From the NCBI RefSeq assembly GCF_020745735.1, contig NC_083409.1, positions 19,364,341 to 19,428,340 on the forward strand: 64,000 nt of DNA. The letters are read 5' to 3'. A model generated the notes under the pieces. It worked only from the letters and a program-made list of their open reading frames with translations, searched no databases and had not been told where the DNA came from. How positions within the stretch are numbered: the first letter of the stretch is position 1; each line of letters begins with the position of its first letter. Made by a program: the position numbers and the translations under genes. The stretch comes from Hemiscyllium ocellatum (taxonomy: Eukaryota). Below are positions 1 to 13,085 of this stretch, piece after piece.

Positions 1-1165
1 GGTCAAGAACGTAGTCTTCTTCTGTATGTAATCCCTAACCTGGAAATATCAGAAAAGATCCCAATTAGGGATTTCGTATTTCTGACCTAATTGGCGAAAA
101 GACATCAAGACCCCTCCCTCAAATAAATCTCCCAGACAGGGTATTCGATTACGCTCCTATGCTCTGAAGCTGGAGTCCTTTGATCCCAGTCTAAATCCTG
201 GGGCTCCCACTAACGGGGTGAACTACAAATAGCCTCCACCCTGCCGCATTATCCTCCATGCTTTACTGTATTTATGATAATCAGACTTTCACAATGCGCA
301 CCTACCGATCTCATCTTACCCATGAACAGTAAGTTTCTAAAGGGACATCTCACCTGCGAGGCCTCTGCATCAAGCCACATCGACTTTGAGTCATTACGTA
401 CCCATTCACCTACATATAGCAACAGGGTGCTGCTTTGATACTTTTCAGATCTGGGAGGTCCACCGCCCACCCTCCATATCCTGCGGAAGTTTCAATTTGG
501 TAAATTTAATTAAATTGCGCCGACAGCACCAAATAAATGACCCAAGCCGTCCCACAAACCTCCGCAGCACCTGGTTGGGTAATAACAAAGGGAGCACCCT
601 CACAGGATAGAACCCCCAAGGAACAACATTCACTTTAATCAAGGCTATACGGCTGAGCCATGATCTGGGTATTCCCTCCCATCACTGCAAGTCCTGCTTT
701 ACGCTCTCAAACAGCGACACACGGTTAGCTCCATACAGTTGCGGGAAGTGAGGGGTAATAAAAATTCCCAGATAGGGAAAACCTTTCTGTGACCATCTAA
801 AAGGAAACTCCATTCCGTCCTCCAGCTTCAGTACCTGCACCAATCTCCCACAGGCAGGACTTCCGATTTTGGAAAATTTATTCTGTATCCTGAAAAGTTG
901 ACGAATAGTTTATTTTTTTTTATTAGCCAGTGTATGGACTTTTCAGAGTTAGCTAAAAACAGGAGGACGTTGTCCGTATAGAGAGTGATTTTGTATTCCC
1001 CAACTCCCACCTTCGGTGCCGTTATTTCAGGGTCTTTTCAGACAGTCCCTGCCAGTGGTTCAAGTACCAAGGTAAACAGTAGGGGCAACAGGGAACATCC
1101 CTGTCAGCTGCCCCTCCCCACACCAAAATTACTCAATTTCATATTATTCGCGATAATGCCATCCA
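1..1165 (-). mobile_element. Decayed L1/Tx1-clade LINE ORF2 (reverse transcriptase) fragment
   Basis: Minus-strand translation gives KITLYTDNVLLFL...FSGYRINFPKSEVL (YADD-box region) and GRGS*QGCSLLPL (RGTRQGCPLSPL motif); multiple stops. Confidence 0.75.
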
Positions 1166-1989
1166 GATTCATCTCTCCCATCAACCAATCAGGTCATACT
1201 CTCTACCTTTCTCAACCTATCCCCACCTGACCACACAGCTCCCCCAATACCCACCCTGAGTCCTGAAGAAGGGTTACACCTGAAATGTTGACCCCTGAAG
1301 AGGTTAGACAGAGAAGGTTGGATTGCAACAAGAGTCACAGGTACTTCATATCTCATCTCATTGAATCAAACCATTGAGCCCATCAATCCTGAAAACAGAT
1401 TCCAACATTGAAGTCCCATTTTCTGGTTGCACATGTAAAGTCTCTCTCAGGCTGAAGAAAGGAAGCTCTCGACTGAGAAATTAGTGAGCTTAACCTAGAT
1501 CCTGAACAATAGCACAACAGAATGGAGTGATATAAACCAGAAACAGTCTAAATACAGGGCAGCCTTAATACTGCAGCTAGCACAGAGGGGAATGCTGGGA
1601 AGTTTGGTCAGTGTGGAAGTTCGGAGAACTCGGAGACGGAGCCTACCTTTGCTTTTCCAAACGGATTTGGAACTGTCACTTCAGCTGCTGGGAGGCTGCA
1701 CATGCACTTGGTTTGAATGAAATAAAATGATAAACAAGAGAATAGGAGTCTGGTAAGCAGATCAGCTGGGAATTGTTAAGTATGAGGGACTGTCTAAATA
1801 GATTGCTTCAGGACATGTCCATTAGGGAAGGTTTATAAATTGAAAGTACTGAAACTCCAAAACAGAGATTGAAGACAATTACTGGTCCAATGAAGGAATG
1901 GATATTTTTCATTTGTAAGTGAGTTCAATATATTTATTTAATTGAAATGATTCAGCATAAATACATGTGTAGTGAATGTATATAACTTC

Positions 1990-2160
1990 CGGAACTCCCA
2001 CTTGGAGGCTGAGTTGAAAAAAATGACACATTCGGGAGGGGCGGAGATACCTGGAGACTTTGTTCCAGAAGGAAGTTATAGGCCTCAGGACAGCACAGTT
2101 CAATAAGATATGACCCATGAGGGAGGCAGATAGGGAGTTGGAGAATACTATGGGACAGGA
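1990..2160 (-). mobile_element. L1-type C-terminal Cys/His fragment; counterpart at ~52160-52370 (+)
   Basis: ORF 1909-2118 reads HILLNCAVLRPITSFWNKV, resembling the H-x4-C...FW motif at the L1 ORF2 C-terminus. Confidence 0.45.
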
Positions 2161-4363
2161 AAACCCTTCACTCTTCTAAACTCCACTGAGAACAAGGCCA
2201 GTCTTTCCACCCTTTCCTCATCACACAGCCCACTCATTCCAGGGATCAATCAAGTAAAACTCCTCTGAAACACCTCCAATGCATTTATATTCTTCCTTCA
2301 ATAAGGAGATCAAACTACCCTCAGTATTTGAGATGTGGTCACACCAATGTTCAGGAAAAACTGAAACATCACAGTCTCACTTTCTGGTCCTTACTTTTCC
2401 CAGCCTTTTTACTGTCCATATCTAATTGCCCTGGACAAGGCGGTGATTAGCTGCCTTCTTGAACCCCTGCAGTCCGTGTGCTGTAGGTAGATCCACAATG
2501 CATTTAGGAAGGAAATTCCAGGATTCTGACCCAGTGACAATGTAGGAACAGTGTTATAATTCCAAGTCAATCTTGTGAATGGCTTGGAGGGGAACTTGCT
2601 GGGGTGATGATGATCTGCTGCCTTTGTCCTTGATTTAAGTAATCATGATTTTGGAAGATGTTGTCTCAGGATTTTTGGTGAATCTCTGCAGTGCATTTTG
2701 TAAATAATACACAGAGCCGTTACTGAGCGTCGGTGTGGAGGGAATGGATTTGTGTGGATGTGGTGCCAATCAAGCGGGCTAATTTTTTTCAACGAGAGTT
2801 AAATAAAATAATGTAAGACAACATAAAATAAAATAAAATGAAAATGTGCTGCCTTTTTGATAAAACAAAAAATTAACTCCTCCTCTCCCCACAGAGGCTG
2901 CACCTGTTCCCTTTCTCCAGCATCGAGCTTCTATTTGAGATTTGCAGTATTTTGTTTATGTATCTGTTTTAATGCCATTGGTTATAAGAGAAGCATTGGC
3001 CAGCACACTGGGGAGAGTTTCCCTGAGATGGTCACAAAGCCCTTATATTCACATCGACCTGAGAGGGCAGTGGTTTAACCGATCATCCAGCAGATGGCAT
3101 CTTTGCCTTTGCCAGCCTCAGGATAGTGTTCCAGTGTCTGGAGTGGGGCTTGAAACCTGCAGGTTCAGGTGACGGTGTTATCACTGAACCCATCTATTCT
3201 TTTCTGGGATGAGGGTGCCACTGGCAAGACCAGCATTTGTTCTCCATCCCTAACTGCCCTGAAACTGAATAGCTTGCTGGGCCTTTCAAATGGCAGGTAA
3301 GTGTCAGCCATTGCTGGAGTCCTGGCAGAGTCAGACATCTACAACAGGTCTACAAGAACAGCCCTCTTCAGCCCAATGAGCCAAAGCCAGTCAAAACAAC
3401 CACCTCACTTTTCTAATTCCATGTTCCAGCACTTGGCCCGTAGCCCTGTATACCTTGGCATCACAGTTTCACATCAAAATACTTCAATGTTATGGGAGAG
3501 CTTCTGCCCCAACCACCCTTACAGGGAGTGAGTCCCAACAGCCACCACCCTCCGGGTCAAAACGTTTTCCTTATCTTCCCTCTTAACCTTTGGCCATTTA
3601 TCTTTAATCTGTACCCCTCCAATCATTGATTATAATATAACCCCATGTCACCAAGTCTCCCTTAATTGACACATGAACAGTCCTTGACTGTAATGCCTCA
3701 GAGAGAGTCAGGCACCGGAGGCTCAGGGTCTCTGACTCTCAGCCTGTTTATGTCAGTGAGAATTTTCCCTGTTATATCCTGGTAACGATTTGAGCTTTTC
3801 TTGTGAAACCCAGTTGGGATTTCTTTAATGGCATTGAATCTCCCACACGCTCCCACCTCTCTTGATGCTCACCCTTGTCTGGTTAATTCTTCCCATTTCC
3901 TTCTCTTCTTTCAGTTCATTCCATTTCAGGAAAGTCTGTGATATTTCCAGGGAGGATGTGCTCTGGAAACCGCTATTGACAAACTCACTGCCCTTCAATA
4001 GAAGGAAGGCCAATGTTTGCAGCAAGCCTGGACTGTGCCCTTGTGTACCTTGTCTGAAGGATTCCATATGATCTGTCAGTCTCCATCCCAGCCTGATAAC
4101 CATCTCGGACATTGGAAGGAAAGGCCCAGCGTGCAGGTTAACATGGTGCAATAAGCCTTTCAGCTGAAGCTTTGGTGTTTGCGCTCAATGTGTATTATCA
4201 CTTGCTCATTGCTCCCCTTTCACATGATCATGGAGAGAGAACTCTTGTTGGTGCAGTCTTTTAATCATCTCAGGATATTGAAAGCTGTGAGCACAGTGCA
4301 GTCACTTTCACGGACAAGATGGTGATTCCCACAGACAGGAAACAAATGACGAGACTAATCTAT

Positions 4364-4983
4364 TCATAGAGTCATGGAGATGTACAGCACGGAAACAGAC
4401 AGTTCAGTCCAACCAGATATCCCAAAACCCAATCAATCCCACCTGCCAGCACCCGGCCCATATCCCTCCAAACCCTTCCTATTTATATACCCATCCAAAT
4501 GCCTCTTAAATGTTGCAATTGTACCAGCCTCCACTACTTCCTCTGGCAGCTCATTCCATACACATACCACCCTATATGTGAAAGATTTGTCCCTTAGGTC
4601 TCTTTTATAGCTTTCCCCTCTCACCCTAAACGTATGCCCACTCGTTCTGGATTCCACGACCCCAGGGAAAAGACTTTGCCTATTTATCCTATCCATACCC
4701 CTCATAACTTTGTAAACCTCTATAAGGTCACCCCTCAGCACCAGGGAAAACAGCCCCAGCCTGTCCAGCCTCTCCCTGTAGCTCAAATCCTCCAACCTTG
4801 GCAACATTCTTGAAAATCTTTCCTGAACCCTTTCAAGTTTCACAACATCTTTCCAATAGGAAGAGACGAGAATTGCACACAATATTCCAACAATGGCCTA
4901 ACCAATGACCTGTACAACTGCTACGTGACCTCCCAACTACTGTACTCAATACTCTGACCAATGAAAGAAAGCATGCCAAACAC
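4364..4983 (-). mobile_element. Young 5'-truncated CR1/HER1-type LINE 3' end, present in arm A only
   Basis: ORF 4433-4882 (KLERVQERFSRMLPRLEDLSYRERLDRLGLFSL...WNELPEEVVEAG) plus CTATGA-type tail; absent at the matching arm-B position (~49590-49630). Confidence 0.9.
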
Positions 4984-6697
4984 TTTTGAGCAGGATACCT
5001 GAGGGAATCTCTTCAGAATGGGATCTTGTCAAGCCCCCTGAGGTGGGGGTGGTGGTGGTCGGGGTGTGGTGGTGGTGGAGCCTCAAATGATGGTGCCAGA
5101 GACTGTGCAACTTTCAGCAGTGCACCAAAGTCTCAGCCTGGATTCTGCGCTCTCATTTCTGAGGTGGCTTTCAATCCGATGACCATTTTGACTATGAGGC
5201 AGGAACATTGCCCATGGAGCCACGGTCAATGACAATGTAAACTGTGTGGCTCTGAAGGCCTGAGTTTGCATCTCAGCTCGGGAATATATTAGCTCATTCA
5301 TCAAATCTGTTTCTGCCCCTCTGCAGGCTGACCAGGCTGCCGGTGCCTTTCCAACACTCCCACGTTTCCTCTTGTGTCACAGCTCATTCTCTTGAGGGAT
5401 CATTGTGCTCAGAGTCAAAACGTGTGGCACTGGAAAAGCACAGCAGGTCAGACAGTTGTGCTCAGGCCAAGGACATGACCTTGTCCCTCTGTCAGATCCT
5501 CTTCGAGAAATTCATGGCTCACCACTGCCCTCTCCAGGACAGTTAGGGAAGGGCAACAAGCAAGGATAGAGATGGGGACGCGAAGCCGAAAGTGCTGTTC
5601 TCTGCAGTTTGGGACACGCTTTTATAGCCATTTGTTAGATCTTTGAGTGTAATTCAGTTTTTGCTGATCCCAGTGTCAATCTGAAGGACACGCCACCTTT
5701 CAGTCTGACAAACCAGGTTCACCCATGTCATGGCTCTATTTCTGGCCAAGACTCCAATCTTTCAAAGAGATGAATTCAAGCCTCACCAGTTTGATCATTT
5801 GAATTATACGCCATTTATTTTGATTTCTCCTGAGATGGGGGGTGAAAGGGGGGGGGCATTGATGTGTCAGTCCTTCCCTAATTGCCCTGGAGAGAGTGGT
5901 GGTGAATCAAATTATACCTAGGAAGCAACTGACAGGTCATTCCTACTGAAATCCAATGGAGTGACTATAGATTTGTTCATGGCCAATGGATGGAGTAATT
6001 ACCCATAATCCTCAGTTGCAGTACAAGTACTCTATAGTTATGCGAAGGCAGCTGTTTCACTCTGCCCGAACAATAAAAAGACAGAAGTCACACAACACCA
6101 GGTTTTAGCCCAACAGGTTCATTTGAAATCACAAGTTTTCGAAGCGCTGCTCCTTCATCAGGATAACCCCAGCCCCCCATCGGTATCCCCACATTAGCGA
6201 ACAGTACAAATAAACTGGGGCTCTGTGAGGATCTTTGGATCATGATATTGATCATACCACAAGAAAAAAGTTTTGCATGCTATGTTTTTTCAAAAAAAGA
6301 AGCACTTTGATAAGACTTTTGATTGTCTTCACGGTGTGCTGTTTTGTTCATTCTGTGATATGGATGGACTATGTCAGTATTGGGTATCACAAAGAATGGA
6401 TCCTCCATCAAACACTTTCCAGCACACTCTCTCCATCTTGCTTTACTCCTTATTGACTTTTTGACATTGTCCCTGTTCCCTCACTCCAACACGGTCCCAG
6501 TGGAATTGATGGCTGGAGTTCATGACCTCACTCTGTGTGAAGGTTGGTGTGAAGTGAGGCCAGTGTGTTGGAGCTTGGGCTCCTGCCTCAGGCCCAGGTG
6601 TTGGGGCCAGTTCTCCAATCTGCACATTGTCCTTTTCCTCTTTCTGAATGAACTGGATCAAGTTGCAGTAAGGATCTGGCAAAAGGTGTCTTGTCTA

Positions 6698-7826
6698 AAA
6701 TGTTCCCAGCATTGGATACAGAACTGGCTGAGTCAGAGGAGACAGAGGGCAGTGATGGGAGGATGGTTTTCCGAATGGAGGGCTGTGATTCCTAGTGTCC
6801 TACAGGGATCAGTGGTGGGAACTCTGCTGTATGTGGTCTACATAAATGATTTAGAGGAAAGTGTAGCTGGTCTAATTAAATGTTTACAGTTGATACAAAG
6901 ATTGGTAGAGTTACAGATAATGAGAAGGATTGTCAGAGGGCACAGCAGGATATAGATCATTTGGATGCATGGACAGAAAAATGGCAGATGTAGTTTAATC
7001 CAGACAAATGTAAGGTGATGCATTTTGAAAGGTGATGTACGGGTGGGAATTATACAGTGAATGGCAGAATCCTTTGGAGTATTGATATGCAGAGGGATCT
7101 GGGTGTGTATGTTCACAGATCACTGAAGGTGGCAGCACAGGGAGGTAAGGCAGTAAAAAAGGCTTATGGCCTGCTTGCCTTCATTGGAAGGGGCATTGAG
7201 TATAAGGATAGACACGTCATGCTGCAACTTATTGACCATTAGTTAGGCCACACTTGGAATATTGTATACAGTTCTGGTTGCCACACCATCAGAAGGATGT
7301 GGATGTTTTGAAGATGGTGCAGAAAATGTTTACCAGGATATTGTCTGGTATGGGGGATTTTAGTTCTGAAGAAATGTTGGAGAGACTGGATTTGTTTTCA
7401 CCAGAATGAGGGAAAATGAGGTGTAACCTCAAAGAAGTTTATTAAGTTTTGAATGGCATAGGTAGAGTGGAAAATATGAAGCTTTTTCCCAGGATGGGGG
7501 GGTCACTTACTCGGGGACAGAGGTTCAAGGTGCGGGGGGGGGGGTGGGGGGGTGGGGGGAAGGGGGAATTTAATAGAGATGGGCGAGGCTACTATTTCAC
7601 ACAAGGGAGTTGAGTACCTGGAACACACTACCAGAGGAGGGGGTGGAAGCAGACACAATAGAAGTATTCAAGAAATACCTGCACTAATGCATGAATAGGT
7701 AGGGAATAGGGGGATATGAATCCTGTAGGTGAAGATAGTTTCAGTATGGAAGGGTACAATGTGTCAGGACAGGCTGGGAAGGTCGAATGGCCTGTTCCTA
7801 TGCTGTGTTGTTCCTTGTTCTTTGGT
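6698..7826 (+). mobile_element. Decayed CR1 LINE, RT to 3' tail; shared with arm B (~45716-47745, -)
   Basis: WIQNWLSQRRQRAVMGG...SVLQGSVVG..LYINDLE, QRDLGVYVHRSLK and AFIGRGIEYKD motifs. Confidence 0.9.
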
Positions 7827-8304
7827 CCCTGCTGTTGAATTGGATTCTCGGGAGCCAGCTCCGTATGAAGAGCCTGTTCTCATTCTTTTGTTGGAGTTCA
7901 TGGGGCAGCTGCTGCTTCCTTGCTACGTCACTGATCAAACCAACAATGGGGAAAGCCTCTTGATATTTTAACTACACTGTCTGCAGGAAAATATTTGGCC
8001 GAGGTTTTAATATTATTTAATAAGATAATGAAGTCAATACACCAGTGTTGTTTGCGGCTGGGAACATTTAACATCATGATCCAAGTTTTAAATGGACACT
8101 CACTCGTGATCATACAGTTTTCAATTATTATCTCCCCTTACGTGTTGTGAAGAGGTTGGCAAACATGTTTTGATGAGGACAGTGCATCTCCAACACCAAA
8201 AGACGGAGTGGGCGGCTGTTTGAATTCTCACTTGTGATAATACAGATTTTAATGAATTAGTGTTACTTTCCCCACTCTCTGGGGGTTGGGGGGTGTCGCT
8301 GTCG

Positions 8305-8668
8305 AGTTCAGGTTCCTTCAGTTTCCTCATTTCCCCTTCCCCCACCTTGTCTCAGTTGAATCCCTCGAACTCAGCACTGCCTTCCTAACCTGCGATCTTC
8401 TTCCTGACCTCTCCGCCCCCACCCCACTCTGGCCTATCAGCCTCACCTTGACCTCCTTCCACCTATCACATCTCCGTTGCCCCTCCCCCAAGTCTCTCCT
8501 CCCTACCTTTTATCTTAGCCTGCTGGACACACTTTGCTCATTCCTGATGAAGGGCTTATGCCCGAAACGTCGAATTTCCTGTTCCTTGGATGCTGCCTGA
8601 CCTGCTGTGCTTTTCCAGCAACACATTTTCAGCTCTGATCTCCAGCATCTGCAGACCTCACTTTCTCT
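8305..8668 (+). mobile_element. Penelope-like element terminal remnant (pyrimidine-rich tract, hammerhead motif, GATGCTGCCTGACCTGCTG tail)
   Basis: Same short family recurs at 48085-48225 (-), 53175-53415 (+), 1165-1295 (+), 57960-58078 (-); hammerhead cores at PLE termini are established knowledge. No RT/GIY-YIG coding sequence seen, so PLE origin is inferred. Confidence 0.6.
8540..8575 (+). ncRNA. Minimal type I hammerhead ribozyme motif
   Basis: ATTC-CTGATGA-A-GGGC(TTAT)GCCC-GAAAC-GTC-GAAT: 4-bp helix I, complete core, 4-bp helix II with tetraloop, loopless palindromic helix III (ACGT), GUC cleavage triplet. Confidence 0.75.
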
Positions 8669-8671
8669 TCA

Positions 8672-10118
8672 ACTTCTTTAGTAAACCATGGCTCCCTCTC
8701 TCGACAACTACCTCCCTACCTGATAGGTATATACTTCTCAAAGACACGCAGTAGCTGTTCCTTGAATAAGCTCCAATTTTCAAGTATGTCCATCCCCTGC
8801 AGTTTCCTTCCCCATCCAATGTATCATACATCTTGCCTAATCACATCATAATTGCCTTTCCCTCAGTTATACATCTTGCCCTGCAATATACACCTATCCC
8901 TGCCCATTGGCATTTTAAACATAGCTGAAATGTGATCACTATCGCCAAAGTGCTCCCTTACCTCCAAACCTAACACCTGGCTGGGTTCATTCCCTAGTAC
9001 CAAATCCAATATGGCATCACCCCTTATTAGCCTGTCTATATATTGTGTCAGAAAACCCTCCTCCACACATTGAACAAAAATTGACCCATCTAAACTACTT
9101 GAATTATAGTATTCCTAGTCAATGTTGGGGAAGTTAAAGTCCCCCATAACAACTACCCTGTTACACTCACTCCTATCGAGAATCATCTTTGCCATCCTTT
9201 CTTCTACATACGTGGAACAATTTGGAGGTCGATGGAAAACTCTCAACAGGGTGACCTCTCCTTTCTTGTTTATAACCTCAGCCCAAACTACCTCAGTGGA
9301 TGAGTCCTCACATGTTATCTCAGCTGCTGTAATACAACCCATGATTAACAGTGCCACACCCCTCCCTCTGTTACCATCATCTCTGTTCTGGTTGAAACAT
9401 CTAAATCCCGGAACTTGCAACAAAGTCCTCTAACCATGTCTCTGAAATGGCCACAATATCAAAATCCCAGGTACCAATCCATGCTGCAAGTTCACACACC
9501 TTATTCTGGATGCTCTTGGCGTTGAAGTACACACATTTCAAACCAACATCCTGATTGCTGGTGTCCTCTCGCAAACTTGTAAACCTATCCCTGACCTCAC
9601 TACGCTCAACCTCCTGTACACTGGGACTACAAGTCAGGTTCCCATCCCCCTGCAACATTAGTTTAAACTCCCCCTGAAGAGCAATATCAAATTCTACCCC
9701 CCAGGATATTAGCACCCCTCTCGTTCAGGTGAAGACCATCCTGTTTGTAGAGTTCCCACCTTCCCCAGAAAGAGCTCCAATTATCCAAGAATCCATAACC
9801 TTTCCTCCTGCACCATCCCTGCAGCCACATGATCAGCTCTGCTATCTCCCTGTTTCTCACTTCACTAGCACGTGACACGGGCAAGAAACCAGAGATAACA
9901 ACTCTGTTTGTTCTAGCTCTAAGTTTCCACCCTAGTTCCCTGAATTTCTGCCTTAAATCCCCACCTTTCTTCCTACCTATGTGGTTGGTGCCTATATGGA
10001 CCATGACTTGGGGCTGCTCCTACTTCTCCCTCAAGGATCCCAAAAACATGATCAGAGACACCACAAACCCTGATACTTGGGAGGCAACACAACAACTGTG
10101 AGTTTCTCTTGTTCCCAC
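8672..10118 (-). mobile_element. CR1 LINE 5' part: ORF1 SGNH esterase plus ORF2 APE endonuclease
   Basis: VHIGTNHIG...DGLHLN (SGNH blocks), IVAISETWL, VVVMGDFNFPNID, ILDLVLGN, GDSDH. Confidence 0.9.
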
Positions 10119-10124
10119 AAAATG

Positions 10125-10705
10125 AGAGTGTTCCGGCTGCCATATTCTGGCTGTCCACCAAAGTGGCCATTGGTGAGGACACCTTGAGAATACAGGGCTC
10201 CGTTCTGGTCTTCCTGCTACAGGAACAATGTTTTTCAACTTGAAAGGAGTCAAAAAAGATTTGCAACAATGTAGCTGGGGTTGGAGGGTTTGAGCTGTAG
10301 AGAGAGGCTGACTACACTGGGGCTATTTTTCCCTGGAGCGGTGGAGGCTGAGGGGTGAAGTTACAGAGGTTTATAACATCATGAGGGGCATGGATAAGGT
10401 CAATAGCCAAGGTCTTTTTCCCAGGGTATGTGAGTCCAAAACTAGAGGGCATAGGTTTAAGGTGAGAGAGGAAGCAAATGGTAGGGATCTAAGGAGCAAC
10501 TTTTTCATGCAGAGGGTGCTGCCAGAGGAAATGGTGGAGGCTGGTACACTTACAGCATTTAAAAGGCATCTGGATGGCTATACAAATAGAAAGGATTCAG
10601 AGGGATATGAGCCAATTACTGGCACATGGGACTCGATTAATTTAGAATATCTGGTTGGCATGGATGAGTTGAACCAAAGGGTCTATTGCTGTGCCGAAAG
10701 ATTCT
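10125..10705 (+). mobile_element. CR1 3' end shared by both arms (arm B ~38765-39345, -)
   Basis: MRGMDKVNSQGLFP..SKTRGHRFKVR ORF and reverse-complement match between arms. Confidence 0.85.
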
Positions 10706-11029
10706 CTGACTAAGTCTCTGGTTTAAATAGACAAAGCTTCTGAGACAGAGGTGACAGTGCTCCCACTGACCAGGTTCCAGTTTGTACAGGGCTCCGCTCT
10801 CAGCTGGATGGTTGGGAGTTGGAGCTGAGTTTAACCTGTATATTGGAGAGGAGTAAGCAACCTTTTTGCTCAAAGCCTCCAGAAATGAGAAGGTGACATT
10901 TATGAGCAATTCAGAGCAATGATCTACTCAGTTATTTTGACTCCTGGGGCCTGCTGAGTACTAAAACTCAGCATTTAGGGATTGCTGAGAAATATCTTCA
11001 TTGACTTGGACATTAATTGTACTTTTCAG

Positions 11030-11150
11030 GTTCCACAGTTTAATGAAGAGTCCAGAAGATTATAGCTTTTGGTTATTTCCTGATCTCATTGTTGCTGTCT
11101 ACAAGGCTGTGAAGGACACAGAGTGGAAGAAGTACTTTCCAAAAGAATAG
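11030..11150 (+). pseudogene. RNASEL: RNase L-like terminal coding exon, arm A copy (ORF intact; preceding KEN exon deleted)
   Basis: Acceptor acttttcag|G, phase 2, then [39 protein letters not shown], colinear with recalled human RNase L C-terminus [37 protein letters not shown]. Confidence 0.85.
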
Positions 11151-11269
11151 AGGCTGCTGCTGTCTTCAAAGGGCTGCCATCTCTTGAGCGGAAATGAGAC
11201 AGAACCACATGCTTCAGGGCTAGAATGGAAAGAAGGAACTTACATTTGTATCACAGAATCCCTATAGTG

Positions 11270-12170
11270 TGGAAGTAGGCTATTCAGCCCATCAAGTCCA
11301 CATTGCCCCTCTGAAGAGCACTCCACCCAGCCCCCTGCTCTATCCTTGTATTTTTCAATGGCTAATCCACCTAGTCTGCAAATCCCTGGACACTATGGGC
11401 AAATTTAGAACGGCCAATTTACTGAGGCTGCAGATCTTTGGACTGTGGGAGGAAACCAGAGCACCCGGGGGAAGCCCACACAGGCACAGGGAGAATGTGC
11501 AGACTCCACACAGACCTGCCTGAGGTGGGTCCCTGGTGCGGTGAGGCAGCAGTGCCAACCACTGAGCCATCGTGTACCCACATGTATTGCACTTTTTATC
11601 ACCTGAGGATGTTCCAAAGCAGCTTACTACCAGAGATGTGGGCTTGGAACACGAATAAGGTTACATTTGTGGCACACAACTACCAGCCAATGACTGTCTC
11701 CAACAAGAGAGAATGTAACTATCACCTCTTGATGTTCAGTGGCTGTGTGGTGTGTGAACATATTGACTTTGAGAAAATTCACCCCTATGAGTGTACTCCA
11801 CCTATCAGTTAATCATCTGTGAGCCTGCAAGCTGCACAGACTGAGATCAATTCACAGAATCCCAACAGGTCCACACCGAATCTCCAAAGAGCATCCCATT
11901 CCCCCACCCTATTACTCAACATTTTCCCTGACAACTGCACCTACCCACACATCCGCGAACACCATGACCAATTTAGCATGGCCAATTCACCTGACTTGCA
12001 CATCTTTGGATTGTGGGAGGAAACCGGAGCACCCAGAGGACACCCACACAGACCCGGGGAGAAGGTGCAAACTCCACGTACAGTCACCTGAGGGTGGAAT
12101 CGAACCCTGGTCCCGTGTGCTGTGAGGCAGTAGTGCTAACCATTGAGGCTCTGTGCTGCCCATTATTGCT
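11270..12170 (-). mobile_element. Two HE1-type tRNA-derived SINEs (about 11270-11580 and 11850-12170); counterparts about 37880-38210 and 37300-37620 (+)
   Basis: TGGTTAGCACTG A-box, GGTTCGATTCC B-box, GGGTTTCCTCCGGGTGCTCCGGTTTCCTCCCACAGTCCAAAGA body. Confidence 0.85.
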
Positions 12171-12769
12171 TGTTGTAGTGTCTGCTTCATGCCTTGTAAT
12201 GTGTTTTATTGTTTAAATAAACCAACTCCGAGTTAATGGATTGTTTGTGGGGGCAGAATCTTTCACATATCATTGTGAAAGGCTGGAGAAAACACTGTGC
12301 AGATGAGGCCTATTGCACATGCAGCTTAATCTGCAGGTAGAAAATATAAGCGACAGCCTTCGATGGTTGATCTGATTTTAACCTCAACTCTGCATTCTCC
12401 AAAAACGTTCCATCCCTTCAGTCATCAAGAATCTATTTCTCTCGGCCTTAAAAAATCTAAAGATTCTGCATCTACTGCCTTTTAAGGAAGGGAATTCCAA
12501 AGACTGACAACTCTGAGAGGAAAAACATGTTTCTGAATCTCTGTTTTGAATGGACTCTCCCTTAATTTTAAACAGTGATCCCTAGTTCTGGATTCTCCCA
12601 CAAGAGGAAACATCCTTTCCACATCCACCCGGTCAAGGCCCCTCAGGATCTTGCATGTTGCAATGGAGCCTTGCATTCAGTTTCCCCTCACAACACACCA
12701 TAATGTTCTATGAGCTTTCGTGATGACTTGATGTAACTACACACTAACCTTCTGTGATTAATGCACAGA

Positions 12770-13085
12770 GACCCAGATGTGATTCTGGGGTCACAGGCTC
12801 AAATCCCACTGTGGCAGATGGGGGAATTTGAAATCAATTTTAAAAATCTGCAATTAGGAGCCTAACGATGACCATGCATCCATGTCGATTGTCGGGAAAA
12901 CCCATCTGGTTCACTCATGTCCTTTAGGGAAGGGATCTGCCATCCTGACCTGGTCTGGCCAACATGGGAATCCAATCCTACAGCAATGTGGATGACTGTT
13001 AACTGCCCTCTGGGGCAATTAGGGGTGGGTAATAAATGCTGTCCGAGGCAGTGATGCCCTCATCCCGTGAATGAATTAAAAAGAA
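12770..13085 (+). mobile_element. SacSINE1/DeuSINE-like elasmobranch SINE; counterpart ~36395-36700 (-), others ~40270-40510 and 42975-43530
   Basis: Recurrent CCCATCTGGTTCACT...TCCTTTAGGGAAGG...CACAGCAATGTGG...GGGCAATTAGGG...AATAAATGCTG sequence; family name is from recollection only. Confidence 0.55.

Noticed and set aside
3900-4140. Strong polypyrimidine acceptor followed by a short Cys-rich frame (KVCDISREDV...CPCVPCLKDSI*)
   Set aside because: No recognisable homology; the copies differ by indels; may be chance.
5328-5546. ORF after a good acceptor (cctctgcag), open in both arms (49050-49272)
   Set aside because: Differences between copies are largely non-synonymous, it contains a fragment of the PLE-type repeat, and it did not align convincingly to the RNase L pseudokinase; kept only as a target for a GeneWise run.
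6490-6700. Frame open in both arms after cggtcccag (ELMAGVHD...NLHIVLFLFL)
   Set aside because: No recognisable domain; the long ORF in the track results from read-through into CR1.
7530-7570. Poly-G tracts (also ~41115-41145, 51295-51320, 20065-20090)
   Set aside because: Simple homopolymer expansions within repeats, differing between arms; no evidence of function.
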